Assembly: GCA_036007925.1 (NCBI GenBank)
Contig: DASYOJ010000119.1
Coordinates: 1-40,464 of the forward strand
Source: Candidatus Nanopelagicales bacterium
GTDB taxonomy: Bacteria > Actinomycetota > Actinomycetes > S36-B12
Length of the DNA stretch: 40,464 nt
Direction of reading: 5' to 3'
Of the stretch, positions 34,054 to 40,464 are shown piece after piece. The translations under genes were made by a program, and so were the position numbers. The notes beneath the pieces are model-generated. The model was not told where the DNA came from and did no database searches. It saw only the letters and a list, made by a program, of their open reading frames with translations. Numbering within the stretch: the stretch's first letter is position 1; the number at the start of each line of letters is the position of its first letter.

Positions 34054-34446
34054 TCAGCCGGTGATGTCCGAGATGTCATCTGGTGCATCGGCGGCGCACT
34101 CGGCGAGCGCGTCCATCGGAACGGTCGACAACGCCGCCTGGTTCGTCGCCCTCAGGACCACCGGCGCCTTGATGCCGTCGTCGTAGGCCTGCAACCACCG
34201 ACCAGCGCACACACCCCAGCGATCTCCTGGCTTCAAGCCGGCGAATCCGAACTCCGGGCGTGGGGTGCTGAGATCATTACCCACCGACTTCTGGTGCTCG
34301 AGAAACTCCTCGGTCACTACCGCGCACACAGTGTGCGACCCGAGATCGTCAGGACCGGTATTGGTGTACCCGTCGCGGTAGAAGCCGGTTAACGGTTCCA
34401 GGCTGCACACTTCGAGGGGCTCGCCCAAGACGTTGTTTTGCTCCAT
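34054..34446 (-). CDS. DUF2237-family protein
   Basis: 130 aa. PLTGFYRDGYTNTGPDDLGSHTVCAVVTEEFL is the conserved DUF2237 core. Confidence 0.8.
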   Translation of the reverse strand: MEQNNVLGEPLEVCSLEPLTGFYRDGYTNTGPDDLGSHTVCAVVTEEFLEHQKSVGNDLSTPRPEFGFAGLKPGDRWGVCAGRWLQAYDDGIKAPVVLRATNQAALSTVPMDALAECAADAPDDISDITG

Positions 34447-34510
34447 AAGAGCAGGGTAGGAGGCCTTGAGTGTCCTCGCTAGACTTGGGTTCCCAGCCGA
34501 CAGGCTGCAC

Positions 34511-34581
34511 GCGGGTGTAGTTCAATGGCAGAACATCAGCTTCCCAAGCTGACAGCGCGGGTTCGATTCCCGTCACCCGCT
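34511..34581 (+). tRNA. tRNA-Gly (anticodon CCC)
   Basis: Cloverleaf folded by hand. Acceptor GCGGGTG/CACCCGC, D arm GTTC-AATGGCA-GAAC, anticodon arm TCAGC-TTCCCAA-GCTGA, T arm GCGGG-TTCGATT-CCCGT. 3' CCA is not encoded. Confidence 0.9.
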
Positions 34582-34591
34582 CCCATAAAGC

Positions 34592-34630
34592 ACGCAAGTG
34601 GCCCCTCGTCAACCGAGGGGCCACTTGCGT
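34592..34630. terminator. Perfect 17-bp-stem hairpin between tRNA-Gly and the convergent fasciclin gene (bidirectional terminator candidate)
   Basis: ACGCAAGTGGCCCCTCG-tcaac-CGAGGGGCCACTTGCGT. Confidence 0.7.
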
Positions 34631-34651
34631 AGGAACTGCAGTTTCGCGTGA

Positions 34652-35287
34652 TTACGGGGCGAACGGCAACATCACCGCGTCAACACCGTGGGCAATCTGC
34701 TTATTGCCTTCGTTGATGTCTACCGCATCCAAGATCACCTTCGCGTTCTTGAACTTCGGTGCGTAGTCGCGCAGACGAATGGAAGGAGCGTCGGAGACGA
34801 GCACCTTCGTGTTCTTGCCTTCATCGGCGGTAGCGAGCACCGCGCCATTACTGGCGAGAGCATCTGCTGAGGTGATCGTGCTTCCGGGAATCACGTGATA
34901 CAGCAAAACTGTCTCGACGGTGTCGATTCCCAGTCCAGCAACGGCATCAAACGCATCCGACTCAGAGGTGATCTTGTGACCAGCCAAAGCTGAAGCAAGG
35001 TTCTTGAATGCCTTATCCGTCGGTGCGAAAACGGTGAGTGCGGTGTCGCCATCGGCCAAGAGAGCCACCGGGGAATCGGGCTTGGCTTCCAGCACGGCCT
35101 CGACGGCCTTGGTCAGGATGTCGTAATTGCCACTTGAGCGATCAAACGATGCGTTTCCGACATCGAGAACACTGGCAAGGGACTTATTGCCTTCGGCTGC
35201 TTGCACACCCGGAGCACCGATAACGGCACCGAGGGCCAGTGCTCCTGCTGCTGCAACAGCTGCAGACTTCAAACGGGACTTCTTCAT
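34652..35287 (-). CDS. Secreted fasciclin (FAS1) domain protein, MPT70/MPB70-like
   Basis: 211 aa. Signal peptide MKKSRLKSAAVAAAGALALGAVIGAPGVQA, FAS1 motifs TVFAPTDKAF and YHVIPG. GAGGA RBS. Confidence 0.88.
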   Translation of the reverse strand: MKKSRLKSAAVAAAGALALGAVIGAPGVQAAEGNKSLASVLDVGNASFDRSSGNYDILTKAVEAVLEAKPDSPVALLADGDTALTVFAPTDKAFKNLASALAGHKITSESDAFDAVAGLGIDTVETVLLYHVIPGSTITSADALASNGAVLATADEGKNTKVLVSDAPSIRLRDYAPKFKNAKVILDAVDINEGNKQIAHGVDAVMLPFAP

Positions 35288-35376
35288 GTCTTTTCCTCAC
35301 TGCACGTTCGCGTGAACCTAGCCGCCACGCGATGTATCTACCCCTACTTCGCTTGGCAGTGGGTGTTTGGATGCAC

Positions 35377-36138
35377 CTACGTTGAAAAACGTTCGAGCCA
35401 TGCCGATCGGATCATGCGAAGTCCCACTGCGATGAGCACGACTGCAAAGAGTGCTTGCACGAGCAAGCCACTGACGGATACTGCAATGGCGGCACCAAGC
35501 ACACTCCCCGGTGCCGCAGCAATCCCGAAACGAAGACCGGTTGGCCAATCGGTGGCGCCGTCACGCGACTGTCGCCAAGCCCCCATGAGAGCGATCGGTG
35601 CCATCACCGCCAGTGATGTCCCTGCTGCCAATTGCTGCGGGAAGTCAAAGAAGGTCACCAGGATCGGGATGAGAATGATTCCGCCACCGATCCCGAACAA
35701 GGCAGACAACACACCCATGCCAACGCCACCGACGAGGTAGCCGACTGCCACCACAGCGGTCAGATCGGGGATAGCGCCGCCGATGGTGGACTGCGGCCAC
35801 AGCAAACGGATCGCAACGGCGATCAACACCAGCCCGAAGCCGATTTGCAAACGGACATCCGACGTGCGCTGGACCAGGTTGCTGCCCAGCCATGACCCAG
35901 CAAGCCCACCGGCCAGGATGAACAGCCCGGGTAGCCAGGCCACCTGATCGGCGAGGGCGTAGGTGAGGGCACCTGCTAACGCGGCGAGGACGACCATGAC
36001 CAGGCTCGTGGCCTGCGCTCGCTTTTGCGTGAAGTGCAGCAAGAGCACAAGAAGCGGAACCACGATGATTCCGCCGCCAACACCGAATGCTCCGGAGAAG
36101 GCACCGGCGCCGAAGCCGATCAGCAGGTCGCGCGCCAC
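35377..36138 (-). CDS. TauE/SafE (DUF81) family anion exporter/permease
   Basis: 253 aa polytopic protein with duplicated G-rich motifs (GAFGVGGGIIVVPLL and LFGIGGGIILIPIL). Confidence 0.82.
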   Translation of the reverse strand: MARDLLIGFGAGAFSGAFGVGGGIIVVPLLVLLLHFTQKRAQATSLVMVVLAALAGALTYALADQVAWLPGLFILAGGLAGSWLGSNLVQRTSDVRLQIGFGLVLIAVAIRLLWPQSTIGGAIPDLTAVVAVGYLVGGVGMGVLSALFGIGGGIILIPILVTFFDFPQQLAAGTSLAVMAPIALMGAWRQSRDGATDWPTGLRFGIAAAPGSVLGAAIAVSVSGLLVQALFAVVLIAVGLRMIRSAWLERFST

Positions 36139-36158
36139 GGACGCAGTCTGCTACTAAC

Positions 36159-36192
36159 GTGAATGGGGCGCCCCGAAGGACGCCCCATTCAC
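36159..36192. terminator. 12-bp-stem GC-rich hairpin downstream of the 36208-36675 gene
   Basis: GTGAATGGGGCG-ccccgaagga-CGCCCCATTCAC. No U-tract. Confidence 0.5.
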
Positions 36193-36207
36193 CAGACTTT
36201 CGGTTCT

Positions 36208-36675
36208 CTACGAGCTTGCTGCCACTGCCCGCTCGGCCGTCTTGAACTTGATGTAGGCCGAGGAAGATGCGTTCCACAGCAGCCACAAGATGACAACTTC
36301 GAAGGCGATGGAGACGAGTGCCACCCACTGCCCACCGAAAAGGGCTCCAATCGCACTGAGCAGACTCAGCACCACGAACACGGTGATCAGGATGCGTGCC
36401 CAGTTGTGGCCCTTGCCGAGGGACATCGCAACGATCACTCGGATCACCGCGATACCGATCAACACGAAGCCGGAGATAAGGACGCCTGCAGTGATTGCAC
36501 CGGCGGAAACATTGCTGATGCCCTCTTGATCGAGAATGTTTGTGATCTCATCACGAACGGTTGAATTCAAGGTGGCAAACCCACTCAGCAGGATGCCGAC
36601 GCCCACGATGATGTAGAAGACAGCCGCAATCCACTGCAGAACCACGGCGATGGTCAAACTCACTGGTCTATTCAT
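36208..36675 (-). CDS. Hypothetical integral membrane protein (about 4 TM)
   Basis: 155 aa, strongly hydrophobic (LTIAVVLQWIAAVFYIIVGVGILL...). I recognise no family motif. Confidence 0.6.
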   Translation of the reverse strand: MNRPVSLTIAVVLQWIAAVFYIIVGVGILLSGFATLNSTVRDEITNILDQEGISNVSAGAITAGVLISGFVLIGIAVIRVIVAMSLGKGHNWARILITVFVVLSLLSAIGALFGGQWVALVSIAFEVVILWLLWNASSSAYIKFKTAERAVAASS

Positions 36676-36693
36676 GCGCTGACCGTAGCGAAA

Positions 36694-36729
36694 TCGTTCC
36701 CGTGATGGGGGTAACTCGCCGGGGAACGA
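36694..36729 (-). terminator. Candidate intrinsic terminator after dprE2
   Basis: On the minus strand: TCGTTCCCCG...CGGGAACGA (8-9 bp stem with one bulge, 17-nt loop), followed by TTTCG. Confidence 0.35.
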
Positions 36730-36736
36730 CTCATGA

Positions 36737-37495
36737 CTATTGCGGCAATTTGCGGAAAACCGGGCGGGGGACGGTCTTCACCGCTCCCATCAGGTACCGC
36801 AACGGGCCGGGGGCGTAAATGGTGTGTTTGCCCTTGCGTAAGCCCTGGACGATGGCCGCGCCAACCACCTCCGGATCGGTGGTCATCGGCGCTTCCGGCA
36901 AGCCCTCGCTCATCCGGGTGCGCACCATGCCGGGGCGAACGACAAGCACCGAGGCACCCGAGCCGACAAGTGCGTCACCGAGTCCTTGGGCAAACGCGTC
37001 CAAACCGGCCTTGGTCGAGCCGTAGACGTAGTTGGAGCGTCGCGCACGATCACCGGCAACGCTAGACAGCACCACCAACCTGCCGTGACCTTGTTGACGC
37101 AAGCGGCGGGCTACATGCAAACCCGCGCTCACTGCTCCGGTGTAGTTGACGGTAGCCATGTGAACGGCTTGTGCCGGATCAGCCTCGGCCTGCAGTTGAT
37201 CGCCGAGGACCCCGAAAGCCATAATCACGATATCGATATCGGACGTGTCGAAGACCTGATCGATGAAGGCTCCGTGCCCGTCGGTGTCTTGCGCATCGAA
37301 CTGTGCGACCTCAACGGTGGGCACGCCGATGCTCGTGAGTCGAGATGCGGCCTCATCAAGCCCTGGTGACGCGCGACCAGCGAGTACTACCCGGCGCAGT
37401 CGATTGCGCGGGAGTGCTTCGATGGTTGCTCGGGCTATTTCACTCGAACCACCAAGAACGAGAACGGATTGAACCTCACCGAGTGCATCGATCAC
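36737..37495 (-). CDS. dprE2: Decaprenylphospho-2-keto-erythro-pentofuranose 2-reductase DprE2 (SDR)
   Basis: Start at the GTG (37495) in a GTGA overlap with the dprE1 stop, giving VIDALGEVQSVLVLGGSSEIA like Rv3791 ([22 protein letters not shown]). YGSTKAGLD catalytic motif. Confidence 0.88.
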   Translation of the reverse strand: MIDALGEVQSVLVLGGSSEIARATIEALPRNRLRRVVLAGRASPGLDEAASRLTSIGVPTVEVAQFDAQDTDGHGAFIDQVFDTSDIDIVIMAFGVLGDQLQAEADPAQAVHMATVNYTGAVSAGLHVARRLRQQGHGRLVVLSSVAGDRARRSNYVYGSTKAGLDAFAQGLGDALVGSGASVLVVRPGMVRTRMSEGLPEAPMTTDPEVVGAAIVQGLRKGKHTIYAPGPLRYLMGAVKTVPRPVFRKLPQ

Positions 37496-38865
37496 AGCGA
37501 CAGCCTTCTTCCTAGGTCGGAGGTGAATACACCGCGCGGATCCATCCGATCTCGCACAGCCTGCCATTCACCTAGCCGCGGGTACGTGGCGGCCAACATC
37601 GCTGGCGATTGACGCGAATCCTTAGCCAAGTACAGCCGGCCACCTTCCGCAGCGACGAGTTCATCGAGTTCATCGAGCACCGACGCAAGCCGGTCGTTAC
37701 CCGCTGGCACATCCGCAGCGAGCGTCCACCCTGGTTGCGGAAAGGACAACGGTGCCGGATTGGCCGGACCGAACCTCTTGAGCACAGTGAGGAAACTCGG
37801 CGCTCCGACATCACGCAACCGGGCAAGAGTGCGCTCCACCAACCACCCAGCGGAATCGGGAACAACAAACTGGTATTGCAGGAAGCCACGGGGCCCGTAG
37901 ATGCGATTCCAATCGCGTACTCCATCGAGGGGATGGAAGAAAGCTGGTATCGACACCAACTCAGCAGCGCGATTCTTCGGATGTTTACGAAACCACGCCT
38001 CATTGAAAGCGCGCACGGTGGCTGTGTTGAGTAGCCCTCCCGGAACGACCGGGGGAGCAGAGGGCAACGAAGGGGTTGCGTACTCCAAGGTCGATGCGGG
38101 CGTCGTGGCGGCTACCTGGTCGCTCGTTGCATGATCTCCGCGCGTCAAAACGCCTCGTCCCGACGACGCCACCGAATCGATCCAAGCGACCGAATAGCGA
38201 TAGTCGTCATCGCCTTCGATCATCCGTGTCATCACATCGTCAAGATCGGTGCACCGGATGGTGTCGACACTCATCTGCGACGTCTCGATTGGCAACAGAC
38301 GGAACGTTGCTTCGACAATCACACCGGTGAGCCCCATCCCCCCGACGGTCGCCCAGAACATCTCCGCGGTGTCGGGATCATCCGGGCTGACGTCCCACAA
38401 CTCACCGCGGCCGTCGACCACCCGCATCGCCGTCACGTGGGACCCGAAACTGCCTTCCACATGGTGGTTCTTGCCGTGAATGTCCGCCGCGATGGCGCCC
38501 CCGACAGTCACAAAGCGGGTACCTGCCGTGACAGGAACAAAGAAGCCAGCCGGGACGATCGAGCGCAAGAGGTCATCGACGCTGACACCGGCATCGGCCG
38601 TGACAGTGCCGGCGTCAATGTCCAGGTCGAAGGAGCGCAGTTGGGTCATATCAAAAACACTCGCCCCACCACTTTGCGCGGCATCGCCGTAACTGCGCCC
38701 CAAACCGCGCGCTAAGACTCCGCGCGGACCTGCTGTGCGGACGTGTTCGGCAATCTCACCGGGTGAATGAGGTGTAACTACACGCGCAGCGCTTGGCGCT
38801 GTTCGTCCCCACCCGGTAAGAAGAACGGTGTTGTCATCTCCAGTGAGCGGCGATGTCGAGTTCAT
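37492..38865 (-). CDS. dprE1: Decaprenylphosphoryl-beta-D-ribose 2'-oxidase DprE1 (FAD)
   Basis: Start at the ATG (38865) in an ATGA overlap. LTGWGRTAPS, ARGLGRSYGD, VTVGGAIAADIHGKNHH, FWATVGGMGLTG, FLQYQFVVP and GGRLYLAKDSR are collinear with M. tuberculosis Rv3790. Confidence 0.93.
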   Translation of the reverse strand: MNSTSPLTGDDNTVLLTGWGRTAPSAARVVTPHSPGEIAEHVRTAGPRGVLARGLGRSYGDAAQSGGASVFDMTQLRSFDLDIDAGTVTADAGVSVDDLLRSIVPAGFFVPVTAGTRFVTVGGAIAADIHGKNHHVEGSFGSHVTAMRVVDGRGELWDVSPDDPDTAEMFWATVGGMGLTGVIVEATFRLLPIETSQMSVDTIRCTDLDDVMTRMIEGDDDYRYSVAWIDSVASSGRGVLTRGDHATSDQVAATTPASTLEYATPSLPSAPPVVPGGLLNTATVRAFNEAWFRKHPKNRAAELVSIPAFFHPLDGVRDWNRIYGPRGFLQYQFVVPDSAGWLVERTLARLRDVGAPSFLTVLKRFGPANPAPLSFPQPGWTLAADVPAGNDRLASVLDELDELVAAEGGRLYLAKDSRQSPAMLAATYPRLGEWQAVRDRMDPRGVFTSDLGRRLSL

Positions 38866-39782
38866 ACGCCCAACGCTCCCAGGCCGAACAGCGTCAGCCA
38901 GGCCAAGCCAAGGACAAGCAAAACCCGATCCTTCAGTGCAATGTCCTCGGGTGCTTCGGCCTCGCCTCGGTCCACACTCACGCCGTACCGCAAGATCGCG
39001 AGCACGAATGGCAACACACTCCATTCCGCCCACGGGAAACTCGACGGAGTTGCCGCCACATCAAACGCCCACAGGCAATACGAAGTAATTGCAACCGCAG
39101 CCGCTACTCCCCATACGAAACGTAAGTAGCCCAGGGTGTAGCCGTCGAGACTTCTACGCTTCGGGGAGTCGTCGTCCTCGTTTCCTTCACGAACGAAACG
39201 GTCCAGTTCGCTGTATCGCTTGCCCGCCGCCATGAACAACGATCCGAATCCAGCCACGATCAAGAACCACTGGGAGATCGGCAGACCCGAGGCCGCACCA
39301 CCAGCGATCGCGCGCAGCAGAAAACCCATGGCGAGTAACGCAAGTTCGATGACCGGCTCGTGCTTGAGTCCCAACGAGTAGGCAAGCGTGAAAATCGCGT
39401 ACGCGACGACAACACCGAGCAGTGCAAAGGAGATAAAGGCGGAGAGCACCAACGACGACGCAGCCAGGACAACAGCTGCGCTGATAGCTGCCGGAACCGG
39501 CAGGTGTCCCGCGGGGATCGGTCGCGAGGACTTTCGCGGGTGAAGTCGATCGGCTTCTATGTCACGAACGTCATTAACAAGGTACGTCGCACTCGAGATA
39601 AGGCAAAAGGCAACGAACGCCCCGACACTCGGCAGCAAGATGTCGGGAACAAAGAGCTGACCGGCCGCCAGTGGCGCAGCGAAAACCAGGACGTTCTTTG
39701 CCCATTGGCGCGGTCGCATCGCCACAACGAGTGCGGTGGCGAAATTCCGGCCGTCGGTGGAGCGATCCACAGTGTCGGTCAC
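38862..39782 (-). CDS. ubiA: Decaprenyl-phosphate 5-phosphoribosyltransferase (UbiA family, Rv3806c-like)
   Basis: 306 aa polytopic protein. RPRQWAKNVLVFAAPLAAG and NDVRDIEADRLHPRKSSRPI (NDxxDxxxD). Confidence 0.88.
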   Translation of the reverse strand: MTDTVDRSTDGRNFATALVVAMRPRQWAKNVLVFAAPLAAGQLFVPDILLPSVGAFVAFCLISSATYLVNDVRDIEADRLHPRKSSRPIPAGHLPVPAAISAAVVLAASSLVLSAFISFALLGVVVAYAIFTLAYSLGLKHEPVIELALLAMGFLLRAIAGGAASGLPISQWFLIVAGFGSLFMAAGKRYSELDRFVREGNEDDDSPKRRSLDGYTLGYLRFVWGVAAAVAITSYCLWAFDVAATPSSFPWAEWSVLPFVLAILRYGVSVDRGEAEAPEDIALKDRVLLVLGLAWLTLFGLGALGV

Positions 39783-40282
39783 GAGTAGATCACTTCGCGT
39801 TCGGCATGCATTCCTGGCTCAGAGTCACCGATGATGCGGGCTATCTGGGGAACAACAAGCAGCCAGGTAATGACATGCAAAGAGGTGAGCCACAGAAGAG
39901 TTGACACCGGGACGTCAGCCGGTGCGAAGACCAGCGGCGTAAGTGACAGTAAGGCGACGAGTGTCCCCACCCAGAACACGATTCGACCAGCGAAGTTCCA
40001 CCCGCGAACTACCAGCGACGCGATCGCGCCGACCTCAGCGGCGATGATCGGCACGAGCAACACCGCGAACCACGGCACGGTTTGCAGGCTTCCGGCTATC
40101 TCGACCTGCATCGGAACGCCGATCAACCGGGCGAAGCCGTAGATGGCGAGCGAGAGGACACCGGACCACGCACCGGTCACCAGGGCGGCGTAGGCCATCG
40201 TGCGAACACCGGGCCGAGCAGAACTCGGTGGGGCCACCGGGGTCACCGAATCGGACCACCCACCGCGCGCCATGGCCCCCAT
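39779..40282 (-). CDS. Hypothetical 4-TM membrane protein, first gene of the DPA operon
   Basis: 167 aa. 4-nt overlap with the ubiA-like start. No PAP2 motifs (KxxxxxxRP, PSGH, SRxxxxxHxxxD) are visible. Confidence 0.6.
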   Translation of the reverse strand: MGAMARGGWSDSVTPVAPPSSARPGVRTMAYAALVTGAWSGVLSLAIYGFARLIGVPMQVEIAGSLQTVPWFAVLLVPIIAAEVGAIASLVVRGWNFAGRIVFWVGTLVALLSLTPLVFAPADVPVSTLLWLTSLHVITWLLVVPQIARIIGDSEPGMHAEREVIYS

Positions 40283-40381
40283 TGTGGCGGCAGGTCAGCC
40301 GCTCGTCAGGTGCGCCCATCGGCAACCGCGTGATTCGTTGCCTGCTTGCTCTTGCAATCGCCGAGAATCGGGTGCATCATG

Positions 40382-40401
40382 AAGTTACTGGTGAGTAACT
40401 T
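40382..40401. promoter_or_regulatory. Perfect 8-4-8 palindrome, candidate repressor operator upstream of the fadE-like gene
   Basis: AAGTTACT-ggtg-AGTAACTT ends 28 nt upstream of the ATG at 40430. Confidence 0.45.
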
Positions 40402-40429
40402 AGCCCGCCGATGGACGAGGTGAGAGGTC

Positions 40430-40464
40430 ATGTCGCACTACAAGAGCAACGTTCGGGATCTGGA
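40430..40464 (+). CDS. Acyl-CoA dehydrogenase (FadE5-like), N-terminal 11 codons only
   Basis: MSHYKSNVRDL matches my recollection of the mycobacterial FadE5 N-terminus (MSHYKSNVRDQ...). GAGGTGAGAGG RBS upstream. Confidence 0.5.
   Translation, partial: MSHYKSNVRDL

Noticed and set aside
34465-34487. A second HAIR-like site (CTTGAGT...) upstream of the DUF2237 gene and tRNA.
   Set aside because: Only the left half-site matches. The sequence 7 nt downstream is CTAGACT, not ACTCAAG, so there is no inverted repeat.
39779-40282. Annotating the first gene of the DPA operon as the Rv3807c-type PAP2 phosphatase, on the basis of position and size.
   Set aside because: None of the three PAP2 signature motifs is visible in the translation, so only the positional analogy holds.
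1-40464. CRISPR arrays, IS elements or transposases, integrases, prophage genes and rRNA.
   Set aside because: I saw no regularly spaced direct repeats, no DDE or serine/tyrosine recombinase-like translations in the ORF track and no rRNA-like sequence. The only tandem repeat found is the 21-bp putA repeat.

Overview
This is a high-GC chromosomal window from an actinobacterium. The gene content suggests a Corynebacteriales-like or related arabinan-making lineage. I see no CRISPR array, rRNA, transposase or integrase.

Recognisable core genes:
- The heat-shock operon dnaK-grpE-dnaJ-hspR (1-3895, minus strand), with an HspR-type inverted repeat (HAIR) upstream.
- An Rv0338c-like membrane Fe-S oxidoreductase.
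- dcd.
- A PAS-AraC regulator divergent from bifunctional putA.
- A DUF2237 protein, tRNA-Gly(CCC), a fasciclin/MPT70-like secreted protein and a TauE/SafE permease.
- A translationally coupled decaprenyl-phospho-arabinose operon (membrane protein, ubiA-like transferase, dprE1, dprE2).
- The first codons of a FadE5-like acyl-CoA dehydrogenase.

The centrepiece is a ~20 kb, 12-gene minus-strand operon (4119-24150) joined almost entirely by ATGA/GTGA stop-start overlaps. It encodes:
- A fusion of a winged-helix domain to a MOP-family flippase.
- A free-standing carrier protein and a GT1 glycosyltransferase.
- A 2102-aa synthase (degenerate NMO-like domain, PfaD-like ER, KS, AT, one PUFA-type ACP, KR).
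- A 1476-aa synthase (KS, AT, double-hotdog DH, integrated Sfp-type PPTase).
- A TauD/TfdA-type dioxygenase, a truncated IPMS/homocitrate-synthase-like DRE-TIM enzyme and two SAM methyltransferases.
- A second carrier protein, an SDR and a short ANL adenylating enzyme.

The architecture mixes hallmarks of PUFA synthases (fused PfaD-like ER, DSIKRVEIL ACP) and enediyne PKSE (C-terminal PPTase), but it matches neither known system. Together with the glycosyltransferase and flippase it looks like an orphan pathway for a glycosylated, tailored long-chain polyketide lipid.

Accessory elements include a lower-GC, probably leaderless RHH/MazF-PemK toxin-antitoxin pair and a nucleotidyltransferase with an overlapping small partner gene.

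All domain boundaries are approximate. They were derived by eye from motifs in the supplied translations.
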